Source: Eledone cirrhosa (Eukaryota). Taken from it: a stretch of 64,000 nt of DNA. The notes beneath the pieces are model-generated. The model was not told the origin of the DNA. It did no database searches and worked only from the letters and a program-made list of their open reading frames with translations. The stretch is from contig OZ024747.1 in the NCBI GenBank assembly GCA_964016885.1, positions 17,546,001-17,610,000 on the forward strand. Reading direction: 5' to 3'. Shown piece by piece: positions 57,127 through 64,000 of this stretch. Position 1 is the first letter of the stretch, and each line of letters starts with the position of its first letter. The translations under genes and the position numbers were made by a program.

Positions 57127-57664
57127 TGATAGTATATTTCTTTCATAACGATCTGTGTAATATATAGTAAAAGGTATGGAGGCATGTGATAAACATAAAT
57201 GCTGATACGAGGTTATTTCTTGAGTACAGTCTTATGTGATATGTAGGAAAGAAAGAAGGGAGGTAATAAACAATATATATATGCTGACGCGACTATATTT
57301 TGGGGGCTAGTTAAAACATTCTATCGAACAAATGACGTGATTTTACCAACAAAATACTAAATGATCATCCATCTGGCAAACATATTTAATTCTATGTTGA
57401 TGCTGGGAGCAAAATTTGAGTTCTTAAATAAAATATACAGAATATCCTAGCATATCAAGAAACATTCTAGAAAGTTCAAGAAAGTGATAGACGACAAAAA
57501 AGAATATAAATAACCTTCTACTATAAGGAAAAACAAAGGAAAAAAGTAAAAGTACTCATATCACGTCGGGCGTTTTTCACAGGTGTACTAAGATGTAAGT
57601 GGTTCTGTAGTGCACACAAGTCTTTATAAAAATAGTATTTGATATCCTATCACCTTTATACGTT

Positions 57665-59230
<1,566 letters not shown>

Positions 59231-61269
59231 AGTTAATGGTCTAGTGACACATACTGAATCTTACACATTCACTGACATCTATATCGAGAAGTTGTGCGTA
59301 TGTGTGTGTGTGAGTGTGTGTGTGTGTGTGTGAGTGTGTGTGTGAGTGTGTGAGTGTGTGAGTGTGTGTGTGTGAGTGTGTGTGTGTGTGTGAGTGTGTG
59401 TGTATGTGTGTGAGTGTGTGAGTGTGTGTGTGAGTGTGTGTGTGTGTGAGTGTGTGTATATATATGTGTGTTTGTAAATATGTACGTGTGTCTGTATCTA
59501 AAAATCAGATTACCGCCATCTTGTTCACCATCTGCTTTCTGGAAACATTGTGTGTATATGTGTGTGCTGTCAGTCTGTATGTGTGTGTGTGTGTTTTCAC
59601 GTGTATAAATCGTTGTTTTCGTTATCGCTTACAAACATTTTTTACAAATGTCAAGTAAGGAAGAAATAGTTGCGTGCTGTCTGAAGCAACTTGATGCATA
59701 ACTATCAAATATGACAGAGAGAGAGAGAGAGTTGTTATTGATATTTTTAACCTTATGTCTGCAGCGATGGAACAGATGATGAATCCTCCGTCTGTTTCCA
59801 TAATGAGTATTCAGTTGTTCGATCGAACGGAAAGCAAACATGAATGATACAGAAGGCCCATTTGATAGACGATGTAATGTTGAACTGTTATAGCCAATGT
59901 TTGAGGAATTGTATGGGTTCTTTGAGGATGGGTTTTCTCAATAGCCGAGACACATATCTCTTAAAAGACCACAGAATGGCAGTGCAACATATTACAAGCG
60001 GCCATGAATGTGATAAGAATCGACATGCGTTTTGTTAGCCTTCTAGTACAGATTTCTAATGCTCCATTGATTATAGCTGTTCCAAAATGTTCCAAAATGT
60101 AAACTAATAGAACCACTCAAAAGCCGGATAAGCAGCCGCTCTAACACATCTTTATTTCATTGTGCCCGAAAGAGTGAAAAATAAAGTTGATCAAGGCTGA
60201 ATTTGAACCCAGATCGCAAATGTATTATTTTATCTGATGCCTTAATGTCTCTGCCAAGTCACTGCTCTGTTTATATCCCTCTGTGGATACTGCTTCTAGG
60301 AGATTGAACAGCTTCTTTTAGCTATTACAAAGTCAATGATGTTTTCAGTGCCAACCCAATGACTGAATACTTATGGAATTTTCCAAAATAGGTAAATTGT
60401 TATGGCCCATATTAAAGCCATTAAATTTCTTGTTCTATTTAAAATAAATCCGTCTGGAATAAGGTAATAATTTAAGATGTGAGGTCATTTCACATAGCCT
60501 CATGAAAATACTACATGCAGATAACAGCTGCATTGAAAAAGCTTTTAACATTTGGCCAGTTATCAACACGAAATGAATAATCTAACGGATTTTACATTCT
60601 TCTTGATCTTTCAAGCAATAAAAGTGTATGTATGCGTATGTTCGTGTTTTTATATGTGCGCATATGTGTGCACGTATGTATGTGTGTTTCTGACAGTATG
60701 TGTTTAATGTGTGAGAGGTTTAATTGAATAATTATCTTTACAACAAACTGAATTTGACATTCCACTTCCAAATTGCACATTATACTTAAAGGAGCCTCGC
60801 AAATTTTAAGTAGATTTCTCTGTGTCATTACTACTCACCTTAAATTCTTTTCCATTTTTTAATTAATTCTATTGATTCATTTATACTAAGTGCACTCTAG
60901 CATGGTGGTGATAGAACTAGCTGTGACCGCATTTATCGTAGAGGTTTAAGCACGTAAAAGGTTTTGAACTCTGATACCCAATCTAATAAAACAACTTTAT
61001 TAAAATAGTATATTTTAAGGGGGTGATATAGCATAAACTAGAGAATAGCATGTTAAATGCTACGAATTATTTTCCTTTTGTCTCTATCGGCTCTGTATTC
61101 AAATCCCACCCCACTCCTCAAAAACAAACTCTTAACCGTTCAAACCTTCGAGACCAGTAAAGCAAATACCTGCATTCAGTGGAATATATCTTAACACATG
61201 CAAACAATTGTTTAATCTGTTGAATCAAATTATACAGTAACTATTTAAGAGAGGTGTATATTTTTTATG

Positions 61270-61437
61270 TATTTGCTCCGGCTCTTTTGCATTCTCAGTT
61301 CAAATTCCGCCTTGATCAACTTTGTCTTACATCCTTCCGAGGTCGATGAAATAAAGTGCCAGTCAATTACTGGGGTGGATATAGTCGACTTCCCCTCCCC
61401 GCCAAAATTGCTGGCCTTGTGTCAAAATTAAAACTAT
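61270..61437 (+). mobile_element. Family-1 SINE (long variant)
   Basis: cagttcaaattccgcc...catccttccgaggtcgatgaaataaagtgccagt...ctggccttgtg. Confidence 0.85.
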
Positions 61438-61489
61438 ATTTAAATCCAGGTCAGCGCTAAATCCGAATCCATTCAATCAATGATTTTTT

Positions 61490-61697
61490 AGTATTGGCAC
61501 AAGGCCAGTAATTTTGGGAGGGGAAAGTCGATTAAATCGACCCCAGTACGTTACTGGTGCTTTATTTTATCGACTCCGTAAGGATGAAAGGCAAAGTTAA
61601 CCTTGGTGGGATTTGAACTCAGACCGTAAAGGACAGTAACTCTATGCTGCAAAGCATGATGTCCGACCCTCTACCGATACTGCCAATGCACCGCCCT
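61490..61697 (-). mobile_element. Family-1 SINE, full length (long variant)
   Basis: Complete reverse copy including the gtcgattaaatcgac segment and head. Confidence 0.9.
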
Positions 61698-63171
61698 ATC
61701 AACCTATTCAATCAATGGCCATTATACCTCTTCACAGACACGGCTATATCTAGGAATATGATCATCTAATGTGTTCTTCCAATTTTTAAACATTACCGTG
61801 TAGTCTGAAGAAAGATTTGTTGCTATTTCTAGCGACTTGAATGACTACGTGGAATCTTTCTTTTCGAATTGAAAGAGGCGAAGTGTAAAGACATTATACT
61901 TATATACGCTAGTGCACTGTCTGATATTAATACGTGTGCAGCTATTATGGTTTGCTGGATCAGTCTATTATATACACAGCTATTTAACTTATTCTGCAAA
62001 TCTTAATCTTCTTCGACCTGAAGAAAATGTTGTTTCCAGGATACGAACTTTGCATACTTCAGCTGATAATTCTATATTCAATATTGACTCAGATACCTCG
62101 AGTATTGGTATATTCTATTGAATAGTTTTCTATTCAAGTGTTAGCAAAATTTTTTTTTTTTTTTCTTTTCTCTGCAAGGACTATATTATATTGTACAATA
62201 ACAAAGAAAGAAGACACTATTTTAACATTCATGGCAGTATCCCTGTGCTGTGCATGGACGCTGAACTTCAAAAAAACTATATTGATTTTTTTCTTTCCTT
62301 CAGAAAGAGTATTGTGTATGATGCTACAGCTTTTGAATTAACCTTCAGTATTTTTCTGGCTAATGTGTGAAGTCACGTCATGGCTTCCTGCAAAGAGTAA
62401 AACTGATTTTGACTAGCATGGTATTTTGATTTGATTTTATTTTTTCCTCATATGTTACAATTGAGATTATTCTTTTCGTATTCTATTTTCATACTTTTTT
62501 TTTTACTATCTATAAATGTCGAAAACCTTATTGATGGAAAAATATTTGCTTAATGCAACTTGAAAAATGAAATATAATAAAATAGGTTGACTTTAAACTT
62601 GTATAGTCGCCTTGGTTGCTTAGAACGTTATTTGAAGTCTTCATCTTAGTGTTTTGAAACTAATGAGATAATTAAACTAATGAAAGTCTATTTTATAACA
62701 CATTTTGTAGCTAATGAAACGCTTGTCAATTATTCAGCGCTGTTGATAATTACAGCAGTGAGGTTTGCTTACATAGATTTCAAATAATTTACAGCTATTT
62801 ACAGTTGTTTAGCTTATTTGAAATTTTACTGAGCTGAGGACATGGTGTGTGTGAGGTGTATAGTATCTTAATTCGTTTCTTCTTGAAATGAATCGTCTTG
62901 AACATGTATAAAGAAGAAAGAATGACTGGTAGTTACGTGGTTGTTGTTGTTGTTTAGTACTATATCAGTTCTGATCAAGCTGACATATGTTTAAAGTTGT
63001 TCCAGTTGTTATTGGTCTGCTTTTTTCTTCCAGTACGAACTATGTATATCAAGGTCGATAAAACATTATCTTAACCTCTATGGCAGTTTAACTAACAGTG
63101 ATGTATCTATGTATGTATGTATACACACACACACACACGTACAATATATAGATATACATATATATATATAT

Positions 63172-63218
<47 letters not shown>

Positions 63219-63223
<5 letters not shown>

Positions 63224-63408
63224 AATATAGAAGTGGTTTCTACAGGACTAGAACTGTTTCATTAGAAGAAAATCATCAGGGCTTTCCTGATGATTTCCTT
63301 CGAATGGAACAGTTCTAGTCCTGTAGAAGCCAGTTCTTATTAAACATTATATACTCTACTATGTATTAAGTACTATTCTTACTGTGGTTACCCCTGATTG
63401 AATCCGAG
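63219..63408 (+). mobile_element. Fold-back element with degenerate hammerhead and ~60-nt tail
   Basis: Imperfect palindrome 63219-63346 centred on atcatcagg-gcttt-cctgatgat; minus arm reads CTGATGA...GAAAC-agttc-TA. Confidence 0.7.
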
Positions 63409-63456
<48 letters not shown>

Positions 63457-63612
63457 TAAAATAACAGATTAAAGTTTAAGCAAAGAATCGCTGCTTTCAC
63501 CCTTAACGGGATCTTCTGAAATTAACAAAGTCAATCTGTAAACGCAGAACTGGATATTTCAAAAAACGTTGCAACCGGAGGAAGACAGGAAGACGATACT
63601 TTGGTTCATGGT

Positions 63613-63875
63613 GACGTTCGCTGGCAAAGAACGGGAAAAAACGAATAATACGTCATTAATAGGAGCGGTGAACAACAATTACGTGCAAGGACAGAACCAC
63701 GTTTATGGTATAAAAGAGGTCGGAGACTAATGTTCTCTAAGTGGTGCATAGAGACGTTCTCTGGCAATGAACGAAAAAAACGAAGATAATATGTGGAGCG
63801 TGGAGAACAAAAGCGTGCAAAGACAAAACCACGTAAATGGTATAGCAGAAGTCGTAGACTAAAATTCTAACTAGG
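63613..63875 (+). repeat. Diverged ~140-bp tandem duplication
   Basis: gacgttc.ctggcaa.gaacg...cgtgcaa.gaca.aaccacgt..atggtata...ga.gtcg.agactaa at 63613 and 63753. Confidence 0.8.
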
Positions 63876-64000
63876 AGACCGAATGAATCTCCGCTACAGA
63901 GTTAAGAACAAAGTAAATAAATACAATACAGAAGTAATAGGAACAAATAAATACATACACACAAACAGATACGTACATACACAAGCATACGCAAAACCTT

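Noticed and set aside
59768-59801. Short hairpin (atggaacagatg...cgtctgtttccat), miRNA-like
   Set aside because: Too short and imperfect; could arise by chance.

Overview
AT-rich, extremely microsatellite-rich eukaryotic non-coding DNA. The SINE families and the (TA)n/(CATA)n/(GT)n density suggest an octopus/coleoid cephalopod intron or intergenic region (inference). No host protein-coding exon can be supported; nearly all listed ORFs are translations of simple repeats. Recognisable content: over 20 copies of two tRNA-derived SINE families, 5'-truncated RTE-clade fragments (one with a twin-priming-type inversion), a Tx1/L1-clade 3' end inside (GATA)n, two Penelope-like GIY-YIG relics and one hAT-like MITE. 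The most striking pattern is a set of fold-back (palindromic) mini-inserts from several unrelated sequence families, mostly in (TA)n. They share a layout: microsatellite - inverted arm - hammerhead-ribozyme-like arm (often followed by AATAAA) - unique 3' tail - (TA)n. Fold-back points cluster at or near the ribozyme. I interpret these as Penelope-like pLTR/hammerhead-derived insertions. All structures were read by eye; no folding or database search was run.
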